This document shows positions 13,078 to 21,379 of a stretch of 26,379 nucleotides of DNA, piece by piece (the stretch's first letter is position 1; every line of letters starts with the position of its first letter). The translations under genes were made by a program, and so were the position numbers. Source of the DNA: a virus (lineage: Duplodnaviria > Caudoviricetes); the IMG/VR virus record IMGVR_UViG_3300020043_001914, positions 1 through 26,379 of that record; one strand, written 5' to 3'. The notes beneath the pieces are model-generated. The model worked only from the letters and a program-made list of their open reading frames with translations. It made no database searches and was not told the origin of the DNA.

Positions 13078-13954
13078 CGTCAGTGCCCCATTCGTCCAGA
13101 ATTGCAGTGACATCCTTGGTAGGTGTTACCGGAGCTTCGGGCTTTTTACTACTGCGTTTAGTAGGTTCTGCAGCGGCGGCAGGTGCAGGGGTAGCAGCTT
13201 GGGTTTCCTTAAACGCAGAAGGCAACGGCAGTAGCGGTGCTGCATCCTTGGTCACAAGCTTAAACTCAACAGCTTGCACTGCATCTTCCGTCGCTCCCTG
13301 TGCCCGGGCACTAGCCAACTCCTCCCGCGAAAGCGGACGAACAGCGCGGAACTTAAGCACCGGAACTGACTCTGCCGTATCGAACCGGGCTTCGGTCACA
13401 ACACCCGACATGGGTACACCATGCCCTGCCAAGAACTTAGCGTAAGCCTGCAGAGGCATCTTCTCCCCTTCAGCTTTACCAAAAATCGACTTAGCCGGAA
13501 GCTGCAGGCGATAAACATTGCCACCGATATCCCCCTCAAGCACCACGGCAAACCGTTGGCTAAACCGACAAGCACGGCTGTTACCCTGACCTGAGCCTGC
13601 GATGTTCTGCGTACAGGTAGCGCACGAGATTGCTTGTGGGGTCTTGATTGACGAATCCGGTAACTTACCATCAGCCGACCAGCAGGCAGGGGTAGACTCC
13701 TTACCTTCTTCGTACACGCCTTCGTAGTAAGTCCGTGCCACATTTGGGGCAGCATTGACCACCACAAAATTCATAGACCGCTCTTCGTTACGAGCAATCT
13801 CTTCGCCCCCGCTCATCATGCGCCACACGCCACCTTTGATAGAGATGGACTTACCGGACGAAGCGCCACCAGCAAGACGCTTAGTGAACTCATCCTCAGT
13901 ACGCAAGTAATCGGGAAGTACAGCACCGGACTTAAACAAAGCAATTTCAGACAT
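13067..13954 (-). CDS. Putative single-stranded DNA-binding protein, 295 aa
   Basis: Located in the replication module. Beta-rich core with Cys residues (CWS..., CATC, C), Ala/Pro linker and an acidic, Trp-containing C-terminal tail (ILDEWGTDDDE). AGGA RBS. Confidence 0.6.
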   Translation of the reverse strand: MSEIALFKSGAVLPDYLRTEDEFTKRLAGGASSGKSISIKGGVWRMMSGGEEIARNEERSMNFVVVNAAPNVARTYYEGVYEEGKESTPACWSADGKLPDSSIKTPQAISCATCTQNIAGSGQGNSRACRFSQRFAVVLEGDIGGNVYRLQLPAKSIFGKAEGEKMPLQAYAKFLAGHGVPMSGVVTEARFDTAESVPVLKFRAVRPLSREELASARAQGATEDAVQAVEFKLVTKDAAPLLPLPSAFKETQAATPAPAAAAEPTKRSSKKPEAPVTPTKDVTAILDEWGTDDDE

Positions 13955-13999
13955 ATAGATTCCTAGAGATTAGATTGGATTGCATGGGTACTACGTGGT

Positions 14000-14392
14000 T
14001 TACTTGGACGCCCTCCTAACAGTGACTGAATACTTGGAGTCAACATTGAGACCTTCCGGCAGCAGGTTAGGGTTCTCTTGCAAGAACGATTTCATGTTGC
14101 TTTGATGAATCCGCTGCTCAAACAATTCCAGTGCATCGTGCTGCTTAATGAACTTGGTCATCGAACCCCAGTCTGTGGTCCAGTAGCGCGTCTTGATCGA
14201 CCGGGTGAAGGAGCCATGCGAAGTCTTACCACCATCCTGCCCAGTGGTCTTGCAGACATCCAGCAGAGCAGTTTCGATCAGATCCATCTGCTCTTTGATG
14301 TCGTTGATCTTCGCATCGTACTCTCGGGCCAGAGCTTCTTTGGCATCCCGCAGCTTGATATAGGCAGCTACTAATTTGTTAGCATCGTACAT
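14000..14392 (-). CDS. Conserved phage coiled-coil protein (possibly Gam/Gp157-like DNA-end-binding), 130 aa
   Basis: N-terminal coiled coil followed by KTSHGSF...DW...LPEGL. AAGGA RBS. Function is inferred only. Confidence 0.5.
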   Translation of the reverse strand: MYDANKLVAAYIKLRDAKEALAREYDAKINDIKEQMDLIETALLDVCKTTGQDGGKTSHGSFTRSIKTRYWTTDWGSMTKFIKQHDALELFEQRIHQSNMKSFLQENPNLLPEGLNVDSKYSVTVRRASK

Positions 14393-14423
14393 GTCGAGTC
14401 CTTAAGGTTGGCTTGGTTTAGTT

Positions 14424-14452
14424 ATGCTACTACAGTCAGTGTACAGTATCCA
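14424..14452 (-). promoter_or_regulatory. Possible sigma70-type promoter TGGATA-N17-TAGCAT
   Basis: 4/6 and 4/6 matches with a 17-nt spacer, in the 69-nt gap upstream of the 14392 gene. Confidence 0.35.
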
Positions 14453-14461
14453 CATCCTATG

Positions 14462-16012
14462 TCAAGCAATTTCTTGACGGTAAAGATCCACAAGTCCTTG
14501 ATGAAGGTCCACTTTTCCATCAAGCATCGCGTACACCCGCCGCTCAACCGGGCTACCTTGTAGGCGCACCACAGTCACAGCGTTCTTTTGCCCTGCCCTA
14601 TGGGCACGAGCGTTACCTTGCAAGTACAGTTCTGCTGATGGCACAGGCCCCCACCAGACCACGGTGTCTGCCCGGGTAAGCGTTACGCCATGCGCTGCAG
14701 CTTGAGGGATCAGCAAGATCACCTTGGGGTCATCCTCTGTCTGGAAACGCTTGATGATTTCTGCTCGCTGCCCGCCTGAGACACCTCCGTGGATCATCTC
14801 GGAAGTTACCCCTGCTTTGGCTAAAGCGTCATACAACATGTCCATGGCATGGCGGAAGGGCACGAACACGATGACTTTGTGGTTTGTCTGATTGATGACA
14901 TCCAGCAGTTCGTTCACCCTGTCAGACACATCAAACTGAATGACTTCCTTTTCGGTCGTGTACGCCACACCCTGTGAGATCTGTAGGAGTTTGTTAAGTT
15001 TGCCTGCAGCGTTGACTGCTGTGATCTCCTCCCCTGCTGCCGTGGCGATCATCTCTTTGCGGATCAGTTCGTAGTAGTGCTTCTGCTGCTTAGTAAGTGG
15101 GATGTCCCGCGTGGTGTACAGCATGTCCGGTAAGTCCAAACACTCTTCTTTGGTAAATCGGATGGCAGGCTGCAGTACGTTGAACACTGTGTCTTGGGAG
15201 TCATGCTTAGGTATCCACTTAAACTGAGTGATCTTGACCATCACCTGATCCCTGAACGCACCGAAGTTTCGGGGTACTGAGCTTGGGTTCACTAGCTTGG
15301 CTAGCCCATAGGCATCCACCGGAGACTGCGCTGCAGGCGTACCCGTCATCAACCACAGCCTAGTGGTTGGCTTAATCAAACTGGCAAGGGCTTTCCAACG
15401 ATCCGTTGATACGCTTTTGATAGCCGTGGCTTCGTCCACGATGACAAGATCGAACTGTGCTTCCTCAAGTTCTTTACGAACTACCTTGACCCCATCGAAG
15501 TTGATGATGGTGAAGTCGTACTCGCCGTCGATGACTTGTATTCGTTTGCTCCGAGAGCCAGCAGCAATAGCCACTGTGCGGTGCATGACTGTCTTGAACA
15601 GATCGGATCGCCATGCTGTATCCATGATCGAGACGGGGCACACGATCAGCACTTTAGAGATCTGACCTTGGGTCATCAGGTAGTCCGCAGCCCATGCTGC
15701 TGCACTGGTCTTACCTGTGCCTGCCTCAGAGAGCACCAAGCACCTAGGGTGGGTGGTTAGGAACGCTGCAGTCGTTCGCTGGTGCTCAAACGGGGTGTAG
15801 ACCCCGGGCCATCGATAGCGCCCAAGGATGGGGCTAGGTACGTCTTTGATCTGCAGGTTACGCAGTAGTCGCGTCTCGGTAAAACCCCAGTTGACTAGGA
15901 TCTTAGCCTTATCCCCTTTACGTTCTACTACCTTGCTTTTGGGTATGAGTGCCGTTATTTGATCGAATTTCTTGGTAACGAATAGGATAGCTTTATTGTC
16001 AATGATCTGCAC
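14462..16012 (-). CDS. SNF2-family (SF2) helicase, ~516 aa
   Basis: EAGTGKT, IVCP, VIVDEAT, LMTGTP, HGVTLT, QGNARAHRAGQ. Likely start is GTG 16012 (VQIIDNK) behind GGAGG, not 16108. Confidence 0.92.
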   Translation of the reverse strand: MQIIDNKAILFVTKKFDQITALIPKSKVVERKGDKAKILVNWGFTETRLLRNLQIKDVPSPILGRYRWPGVYTPFEHQRTTAAFLTTHPRCLVLSEAGTGKTSAAAWAADYLMTQGQISKVLIVCPVSIMDTAWRSDLFKTVMHRTVAIAAGSRSKRIQVIDGEYDFTIINFDGVKVVRKELEEAQFDLVIVDEATAIKSVSTDRWKALASLIKPTTRLWLMTGTPAAQSPVDAYGLAKLVNPSSVPRNFGAFRDQVMVKITQFKWIPKHDSQDTVFNVLQPAIRFTKEECLDLPDMLYTTRDIPLTKQQKHYYELIRKEMIATAAGEEITAVNAAGKLNKLLQISQGVAYTTEKEVIQFDVSDRVNELLDVINQTNHKVIVFVPFRHAMDMLYDALAKAGVTSEMIHGGVSGGQRAEIIKRFQTEDDPKVILLIPQAAAHGVTLTRADTVVWWGPVPSAELYLQGNARAHRAGQKNAVTVVRLQGSPVERRVYAMLDGKVDLHQGLVDLYRQEIA

Positions 16013-16031
16013 GCTGCCTCCAATGGCGACG

Positions 16032-16063
16032 AAAAATAGCGCGAGAGTGCTAGACCCTCGCGC
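16032..16063 (-). terminator. Intrinsic terminator/attenuator-like hairpin upstream of the SNF2 helicase gene
   Basis: - strand GCGCGAGGG-UCUAGCA-CUCUCGCGC followed by UAUUUUU (9-bp stem with one G-U). Confidence 0.65.
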
Positions 16064-16080
16064 AAAACCAACCTCAACAG

Positions 16081-16111
16081 GAGACGCCCCTGTGACTAGC
16101 AGGAGCACCTC
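16081..16111 (-). promoter_or_regulatory. 12-bp RNA hairpin with CUAGUCA loop
   Basis: GAGGUGCUCCUG/CAGGGGCGUCUC. Three G-U pairs on the - strand would be A-C mismatches on the + strand, which supports folding of the - strand transcript. Confidence 0.55.
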
Positions 16112-16120
16112 GATACTACA

Positions 16121-16399
16121 CTACTTCGCCCGTTCCCGCTTGGACGTTTGCGACTTCAATCCACCAGTTTTGGTACGAGCAAAGCTACGGTTCTCAGATT
16201 TCGGTACAGCCCGGAGGTTAGCAACCCCAGAAGAGCCTCCCTTGGATAGCGCCTTTTTGTGGTCTACGTCCACAGAGTCAGGCAACATGCCATGCTTTTT
16301 CTCGTACTCGCGTCGAGCCTTGTGGCGCTCCGCTTGCTTCTTAAGCTGTTCAGGGGTTCCCTGATACCGCTCGTATTCCAATTTGTAGTTACGTGCCAC
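16121..16399 (-). CDS. HNH endonuclease, ~92 aa
   Basis: DVDHKKALSKGGSSGVANLRAVPKSENR. Likely start is GTG 16399 (MARNYKLEY) behind AGGTGA. Confidence 0.85.
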   Translation of the reverse strand: MARNYKLEYERYQGTPEQLKKQAERHKARREYEKKHGMLPDSVDVDHKKALSKGGSSGVANLRAVPKSENRSFARTKTGGLKSQTSKRERAK

Positions 16400-16403
16400 G
16401 TTA

Positions 16404-17066
16404 TCACCTATGTTCACAAGCATCAGGGGGTAGCGGGCAGAACTTACACAGCCCACTGGGGCGAGCATTCCATACATCGTTATCCACAGCGGCTTCAATC
16501 ATGCTAGCGGCACCTGCCCACTTGGACCAAATCTCGGGCAACTGCTCCCTAGTGTACTCAGACTTGATGACCGATCCGGCAACCACAAACAGCAGTGCAC
16601 CTTTGACCTTACGGATGCCCGGGTGGTGCGCCATAATCATCGCTGCCATTAGCTCCAACTGCGACGTATCTGCGAACCTGCTGGACTTGCCCGTCTTAAA
16701 GTCCGCTACCCGGGCAATGCCCTTCTCATGATCCAGTGCCATGAAGTCAGGCACCCCACGGAACCACACATCTTTACTAAAGAACTCACAAGGCGTGAAG
16801 TCCTGCCGTACCCCTAGCTTTGCCTCGCACTGGATATCCCCCGAGAACTTAGACAACGGTACGACAAAATTCTCAAAGTGCTGGAAGGTTTCTGGCAGGG
16901 GAGTACGATGCATCAAGTACTCCTCAAACGCTTTATGGACTGCAGTGCCGTAAAGTGTAGCCGTGGTATCAGCCTGCTTGTACTTACGCAGAATCCGTAC
17001 CTGATGGTACCGACGACCGCACCCTTGAAAGTCCTTGATAGCTGAATACGAATGCGTGAGAGCCAT
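16404..17066 (-). CDS. PD-(D/E)XK exonuclease, Cas4/RecB-like, 220 aa
   Basis: SYS...C..RY, GTAVH, E, GVPD, DFKTGK, QL and C-terminal CKFC-x6-C (1+3 Cys arrangement). Confidence 0.88.
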   Translation of the reverse strand: MALTHSYSAIKDFQGCGRRYHQVRILRKYKQADTTATLYGTAVHKAFEEYLMHRTPLPETFQHFENFVVPLSKFSGDIQCEAKLGVRQDFTPCEFFSKDVWFRGVPDFMALDHEKGIARVADFKTGKSSRFADTSQLELMAAMIMAHHPGIRKVKGALLFVVAGSVIKSEYTREQLPEIWSKWAGAASMIEAAVDNDVWNARPSGLCKFCPLPPDACEHR

Positions 17067-17098
17067 GATGTTCTTAGAGGTTTGATCCTCTCAGTCTA

Positions 17099-18952
17099 TC
17101 AGCAATCCCCGTAGGTTGCACCCATACCAGACTCACAAGCCAAAGGCAATGCCTGTGCCCACTTCGGACGCCAAGCCATGCAAGCCTCCACATATGCCCG
17201 GGCTTCGTCAGCCTCCTCCTGCCTAGCTACAATCCCAACCGCATCGTGCACAGTGAGCACCACCTTATACCGCTTAGCGATCCGCAGCATCTGCTCACCA
17301 ATGATGCACCTTGCTACAGCTTGGCAGACATTCTCCACCACCTTGCCGCCGTAGATCTTGATTGGTAAGCCCTTGGACTTGTACTGCCAGTTAGCCTTAC
17401 CGTCCTCGTCGGTCACCTTCTCAAGCTCTGGATACTGTATATACAAACCGTTGGGCAGGGTAAGTCCTTTGTCTGGCCTTGCGAAGATGATCCCGGGCAC
17501 ATCCACCTGCATCTCCTGCCCACTAGCCAGTGCCTGCAGCGCCCGCTCCGCTGACTTCCACAGGTCCGGGATGCGTGAGTAAGTCGTCCGGTATGCGTCG
17601 ATAATCCGCTTAGCCTCAGCCTCGTCGATCTCAACCCCTGCCTGCTTGAGCGTAGCGCGAAGCTTAACGTGTCCCACACCATACCCACAGCCAAGGATCA
17701 CGGTCTTGCCTAGGAAGCGTTCGCTCGCGGTGATGTCACTGGTAGGCTTGTTGTAGATCCGTGACGCCATGATCTTGTACACGTCCTCCTTGTTCTCAAA
17801 GGCTTGCACAAGATCCGTCTGCCCTGCCAGCCACGCCAACGTCCGCGCTTCGATCTGCGAAGAATCGCAGTCGATAAACACATATCCATCCGGCGCACGG
17901 ATAGCCTTCTTGATCTTGCCTGCGTTTACCCCACGGCTCGGCAGGTTCTGGAGATTAACCGAGTCTTGCCCGCTCCAACGGCCCGAGTGTGCCCCGTAGT
18001 ACCGCAATGGGACCGGGAACGCCCCACGCACTGCCATAGCCAAGAACCGTTCGGTGCGTGTCTCCTCGATGGTTGTCTTGTTGCCCAGCCTAGCTGCCAC
18101 CAGTGCCTGCACCCGCACGTCGGGGTGATCCTCCAGCGCAAGGAACTCCTCATCAGTCTTAGCAAACGCATAGGCAAGCTTTTGTGTCCGGGCACTAACC
18201 TTCATGGGAGGGTCTACGTTCAGCGTCCGTAGTGCCGCAGCAAAAATGTCGTTAGACATCAGCATCGCCTTCATGTCGTCCTTGTAGTCCGACTCGGGCA
18301 TCATGTTCTTCACGGTATCCACCAGCGCCGCCTTGCGCTCCACCGTATCTCGCAAGTGAGCCAGCAGCATGGGGGTGTCAAGCTCCAACACCGGCTCTGT
18401 ATACATCCGCAACGTCAGGTCAATCAACTGCAGTTCCTGCTTGGGGAACCCCTTGCTCATGTAGATGTCAAACAGCTTGCGTGTCAGCAGTACATCGTTG
18501 ATGCAGTACTCACCATACTTGTCCAAGTCTCGTGCATCAAAATCCTTAAATCGTTTACCCAGTGCGTTGATGACCTCATCGCCCTTGACACCTACGCCAT
18601 GCCGCTCAGCTTGCGCTTTCAGTGAGTGGGACTTCTCATGTGGGTGCAGGGCACGAGACATCCCCATGATGTCAAACAGCGCCAGCGGCTTAACCCCGTA
18701 CCGCCATGCCAGTATGGCCCCATCGAACGCTGTGTTCTGGCACACCACCAACTTGTCGGACCAGTCGATACCCTTTAGCGCAGCCTCTACCTCTGGCTGC
18801 GGGTACCACACCGTAGGTGCATCACCGATCTGGATAGCTACCCCAATGGTTTCGTACTCAGAGGATCGGATGTATTCCTCGGTTGTAATTTTGCTTAACG
18901 AATACTCTCGATCATAGTAGGTCTCAAAATCTAGCGTCACTAGCGTAGGCAT
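17099..18952 (-). CDS. polA: Family A DNA polymerase with 3'-5' exonuclease domain
   Basis: ExoI DFETY, ExoII NTAFD, ExoIII YCIND; SGRWSG, NLQNLP; motif A DSSQIEAR, motif B RFLGKTVILGCGYG, motif C VHD. ATG 18952 overlaps the upstream TGA. Confidence 0.95.
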   Translation of the reverse strand: MPTLVTLDFETYYDREYSLSKITTEEYIRSSEYETIGVAIQIGDAPTVWYPQPEVEAALKGIDWSDKLVVCQNTAFDGAILAWRYGVKPLALFDIMGMSRALHPHEKSHSLKAQAERHGVGVKGDEVINALGKRFKDFDARDLDKYGEYCINDVLLTRKLFDIYMSKGFPKQELQLIDLTLRMYTEPVLELDTPMLLAHLRDTVERKAALVDTVKNMMPESDYKDDMKAMLMSNDIFAAALRTLNVDPPMKVSARTQKLAYAFAKTDEEFLALEDHPDVRVQALVAARLGNKTTIEETRTERFLAMAVRGAFPVPLRYYGAHSGRWSGQDSVNLQNLPSRGVNAGKIKKAIRAPDGYVFIDCDSSQIEARTLAWLAGQTDLVQAFENKEDVYKIMASRIYNKPTSDITASERFLGKTVILGCGYGVGHVKLRATLKQAGVEIDEAEAKRIIDAYRTTYSRIPDLWKSAERALQALASGQEMQVDVPGIIFARPDKGLTLPNGLYIQYPELEKVTDEDGKANWQYKSKGLPIKIYGGKVVENVCQAVARCIIGEQMLRIAKRYKVVLTVHDAVGIVARQEEADEARAYVEACMAWRPKWAQALPLACESGMGATYGDC

Positions 18953-19254
18953 CACGGTCTCTTCTTAATGGATGGGATCAGATGGTGCAGTGTATCTACA
19001 CCTTCTTCGTGAACGACTAATGCAACACCACCTGCTTCGATGATCCCAGCCAACTCCCGATCCTGCAGTGCCGTGGTCTTACCCTTACCAGCCTTGCACT
19101 CGATAGCGACGAAGTACCCATTCACGCAGCAGATGATGTCCGGTATACCTACCCTGCCGTAACCGTTGGCAGGGGGTGAGAAGTGATAGACCTCGTACTG
19201 ATCTAGGATCTTCTTGACTGCTGTTTTAACCTTAGCCTCTGGGGTTGCCGCCAT
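18952..19254 (-). CDS. VRR-NUC domain nuclease (Holliday-junction-resolvase-like), 100 aa
   Basis: TPEAKVK, GIPDII, FVAIECKA, TALQ...GGVALVV. Confidence 0.9.
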   Translation of the reverse strand: MAATPEAKVKTAVKKILDQYEVYHFSPPANGYGRVGIPDIICCVNGYFVAIECKAGKGKTTALQDRELAGIIEAGGVALVVHEEGVDTLHHLIPSIKKRP

Positions 19255-19430
19255 TACTTCCCCGACATCACGGCAAGCATTCCCTGCATCAGTCGCAGTT
19301 CGGTGATGACTTCTGGCGTAACCTCCATCGCCTCGTCAATCTTACCTGCCAGCAGCAGGTCATCCATCGTGCGCAGCATTGCCTTCACCTTCAGCAACGG
19401 CTCGGAGTAATCAGTGTATCGTCCAATCAT
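19254..19430 (-). CDS. Hypothetical protein, 58 aa (absent from the supplied ORF track)
   Basis: MIGRYTDYSEPLLKVKAMLRTMDDLLLAGKIDEAMEVTPEVITELRLMQGMLAVMSGK. Fills the gap exactly, with ATGA and TAATG overlaps at its two ends. Confidence 0.75.
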   Translation of the reverse strand: MIGRYTDYSEPLLKVKAMLRTMDDLLLAGKIDEAMEVTPEVITELRLMQGMLAVMSGK

Positions 19431-19639
19431 TTTTTCCCGCTCTCAACTTCAATTAGTTTGTCGATGTAATGGCGAGCCTTCATCAAGTCTTGAATCCCGC
19501 CTTTCTGCCGCCAGCGGCTCAAGTACTTCACGGCGTTGCCGTCCAGAAATCCAAGGTTCCAATCGATGATCACATCCCACGTCTCGTGGGTGTGTAGTTT
19601 GTAGTGGTCACCGCCCACCTGCGTATCATTTGCTGCCAT
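19427..19639 (-). CDS. DUF3310 / SaV-like protein (T7 gp1.7-related putative nucleotide kinase domain), 70 aa
   Basis: QVGGDHY...GNAVKYLSR..KGGIQDLMKARHYIDKLIE. Confidence 0.85.
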   Translation of the reverse strand: MAANDTQVGGDHYKLHTHETWDVIIDWNLGFLDGNAVKYLSRWRQKGGIQDLMKARHYIDKLIEVESGKK

Positions 19640-19829
19640 TAGTCATCCACTCCGGTTTCTTGGGTAGCGGTGCCCAGCCCAGCCAGCAGTCATCCTTGCC
19701 TGACCACTTGCCATACGAAGCCACGCCACCCGGGTTAAGTAGTTGCACTTTGCTGCCCAGTGGGCAGGTGCTCATGGGTTGCCAGAAATAACTAGGGTCA
19801 ACTGTCGCTGTTCGGGTGGAGTCGATCAT
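19626..19829 (-). CDS. Small phage protein, DUF551-like, 67 aa
   Basis: WQPMSTCP..SKVQLL...GWAPLPK pattern. Confidence 0.6.
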   Translation of the reverse strand: MIDSTRTATVDPSYFWQPMSTCPLGSKVQLLNPGGVASYGKWSGKDDCWLGWAPLPKKPEWMTNGSK

Positions 19830-20460
19830 TGAAAAACGCGCTCATGGTTACAGGGGCAATGCCGCTCAGGGTGAACAGTATCTGCTCGGCAACAAGTCTA
19901 TGCTCTTTCTGGGTGCTGGGGTCAAGGCGCTGTTTCAAATAGTGAATCCATGACCGGATGGTCCCATTCATGTACATCTTGCTAGGCGTCAGCCCCTCGG
20001 GCAGTAGTGCCCGTGCTTGTTCCTTGGCGATACCGCGCTCCAGTGCCCACTCGTATGCCCCCTTGGCGATGTCGAACACCTTCTCCTGCATGTGCTGCCA
20101 GTTCTCAGCGATGACATCATCCACACAGGGCAGTGACCCCTGCCGATTCTTCTTATCCTGCATACGTGCCTCACGCAGCGTAGCTGTCAACAGTTCTTCG
20201 CTGACATCCTTATACCTCTGACTCAGTTCCTGAAAACTAAATGACCGGTGGCGCAGGATCTGCCGACCGATATCCCGAGTCGTTGTTATCTCAAGGCAGA
20301 CGTTCGCCATTTCGAAGGGTGAAACGTGACCTTCACGTTCCATGAACCGCAGCAGATTCTCAATCAGTGGGTTGCTTTGGTTCTTTGGGTTGCTGACGCG
20401 AGCGATGAACGCGATGTTCTCGTCGATGTTTGGCGTAGCCCATACTAATTTAACGTTCAT
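19798..20460 (-). CDS. thyX: FAD-dependent thymidylate synthase
   Basis: GHVSPFE, RHRSFSFQELSQRY (ThyX signature RHR-x7-S), EQARALLP, QKEHR. Confidence 0.96.
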   Translation of the reverse strand: MNVKLVWATPNIDENIAFIARVSNPKNQSNPLIENLLRFMEREGHVSPFEMANVCLEITTTRDIGRQILRHRSFSFQELSQRYKDVSEELLTATLREARMQDKKNRQGSLPCVDDVIAENWQHMQEKVFDIAKGAYEWALERGIAKEQARALLPEGLTPSKMYMNGTIRSWIHYLKQRLDPSTQKEHRLVAEQILFTLSGIAPVTMSAFFNDRLHPNSDS

Positions 20461-20642
20461 AGGTCTTCCTCTTTCTTCAGTTTAAGGAGCGTATCTGTGT
20501 TCATTGGGCCGATGTAGAACCGCATCTTTATAGCCACTGCCTTAAGCACCGCATCCACCGCAGCCTGCCAGCACTCGTCTGTATCTTCTGTAGCTTTTGA
20601 CTTCTCGGTCCACGCTTCTCGTGCGATGTCACGTAGGTTCAT
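20457..20642 (-). CDS. Hypothetical protein, ~61 aa
   Basis: Likely start is ATG 20642 (MNLRDIAR) behind GAGG. ATGA overlap with thyX. Shares a segment with the adjacent gene. Confidence 0.6.
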   Translation of the reverse strand: MNLRDIAREAWTEKSKATEDTDECWQAAVDAVLKAVAIKMRFYIGPMNTDTLLKLKKEEDL

Positions 20643-21075
20643 TCCCCACCTCAATTTTGCGAAGAGTCTCAATAAGCTGGGGAACCCAGTCAATGCTGAC
20701 CTGCATAATTAACTCGCTTCCGGGTTCCCTCGGCGGGCCATACCAAACTTGCACGGTATTGCCGAGATTAATATACTCAAACGGATTGTTCACAAAACCT
20801 CGGACCTCAAGCACTGCTTCGACGGAGGCTTGCCAATGTATATCAATTCTTACCTCCTTAAGCACTGCTTCGACGGAAGCTTGCCAACGCTCGTTGGTGT
20901 CCCCGGTTTTTTTGGACTTAGCTACATAGGCTGCAAGGGCTAGGGCACGTAAGTCCTGTATGCTTTCTTTGGTAATTAGTTCGGCAAACTTCTCAAGAAA
21001 CTTATGGTCTTCGAAAGTAAGATTCCAATTATCTGCAGCTATCATGGCAAGTTCTTTAAGTCTTTTGTTCATCAT
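20629..21075 (-). CDS. Hypothetical protein with internal 17-aa duplication, ~148 aa
   Basis: GAGG RBS. MNKRLKELA...LEKFAELI N-terminus. WQASVEAVL occurs twice. Confidence 0.65.
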   Translation of the reverse strand: MMNKRLKELAMIAADNWNLTFEDHKFLEKFAELITKESIQDLRALALAAYVAKSKKTGDTNERWQASVEAVLKEVRIDIHWQASVEAVLEVRGFVNNPFEYINLGNTVQVWYGPPREPGSELIMQVSIDWVPQLIETLRKIEVGNEPT

Positions 21076-21379
21076 CCCCCCTCACTAGATACCTCAGTTC
21101 AACGGTTCTTGCTGCGCTGCGCAACTTACTAACGCTTGTGGTTTTCATGACCTCTATCGCTATCGCAACGAACGTCTCGATCTCAGCACGGGTGTCGTCT
21201 GACCAGCCAATCAACTCGGCCACACACATCTGCATCCGCGTGTCCTTGAGCTTTGCTACCCGCTCGACTAGATACTCAAGATCCTCTCGGGGTAACGCTG
21301 CTCGTTGCTGGATCAAGTGCGTCATGCGCTCAGCCTGCATTTGAACGAACTCCTTACCGGGTTTGGGGCGCTGCGTCAT
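21056..21379 (-). CDS. Hypothetical protein, ~107 aa
   Basis: Likely start is ATG 21379 (MTQRPKPG) behind GGAG. Tightly packed with its neighbours. Confidence 0.6.
   Translation of the reverse strand: MTQRPKPGKEFVQMQAERMTHLIQQRAALPREDLEYLVERVAKLKDTRMQMCVAELIGWSDDTRAEIETFVAIAIEVMKTTSVSKLRSAARTVELRYLVRGDDEQKT

Noticed and set aside
16013-16108. N-terminal extension of the SNF2 helicase given by the ORF track
   Set aside because: It runs through two hairpins and a U-tract. GTG 16012 has a strong GGAGG RBS.
16121-16399. HNH gene as part of a group I intron or intein
   Set aside because: It is free-standing between intact genes. PolA, ThyX and the helicases show no interruption or intein termini.
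16404-17066. Cas4-like gene as evidence of a CRISPR-Cas system
   Set aside because: No cas1/cas2 or array. It sits in a standard phage replication module.
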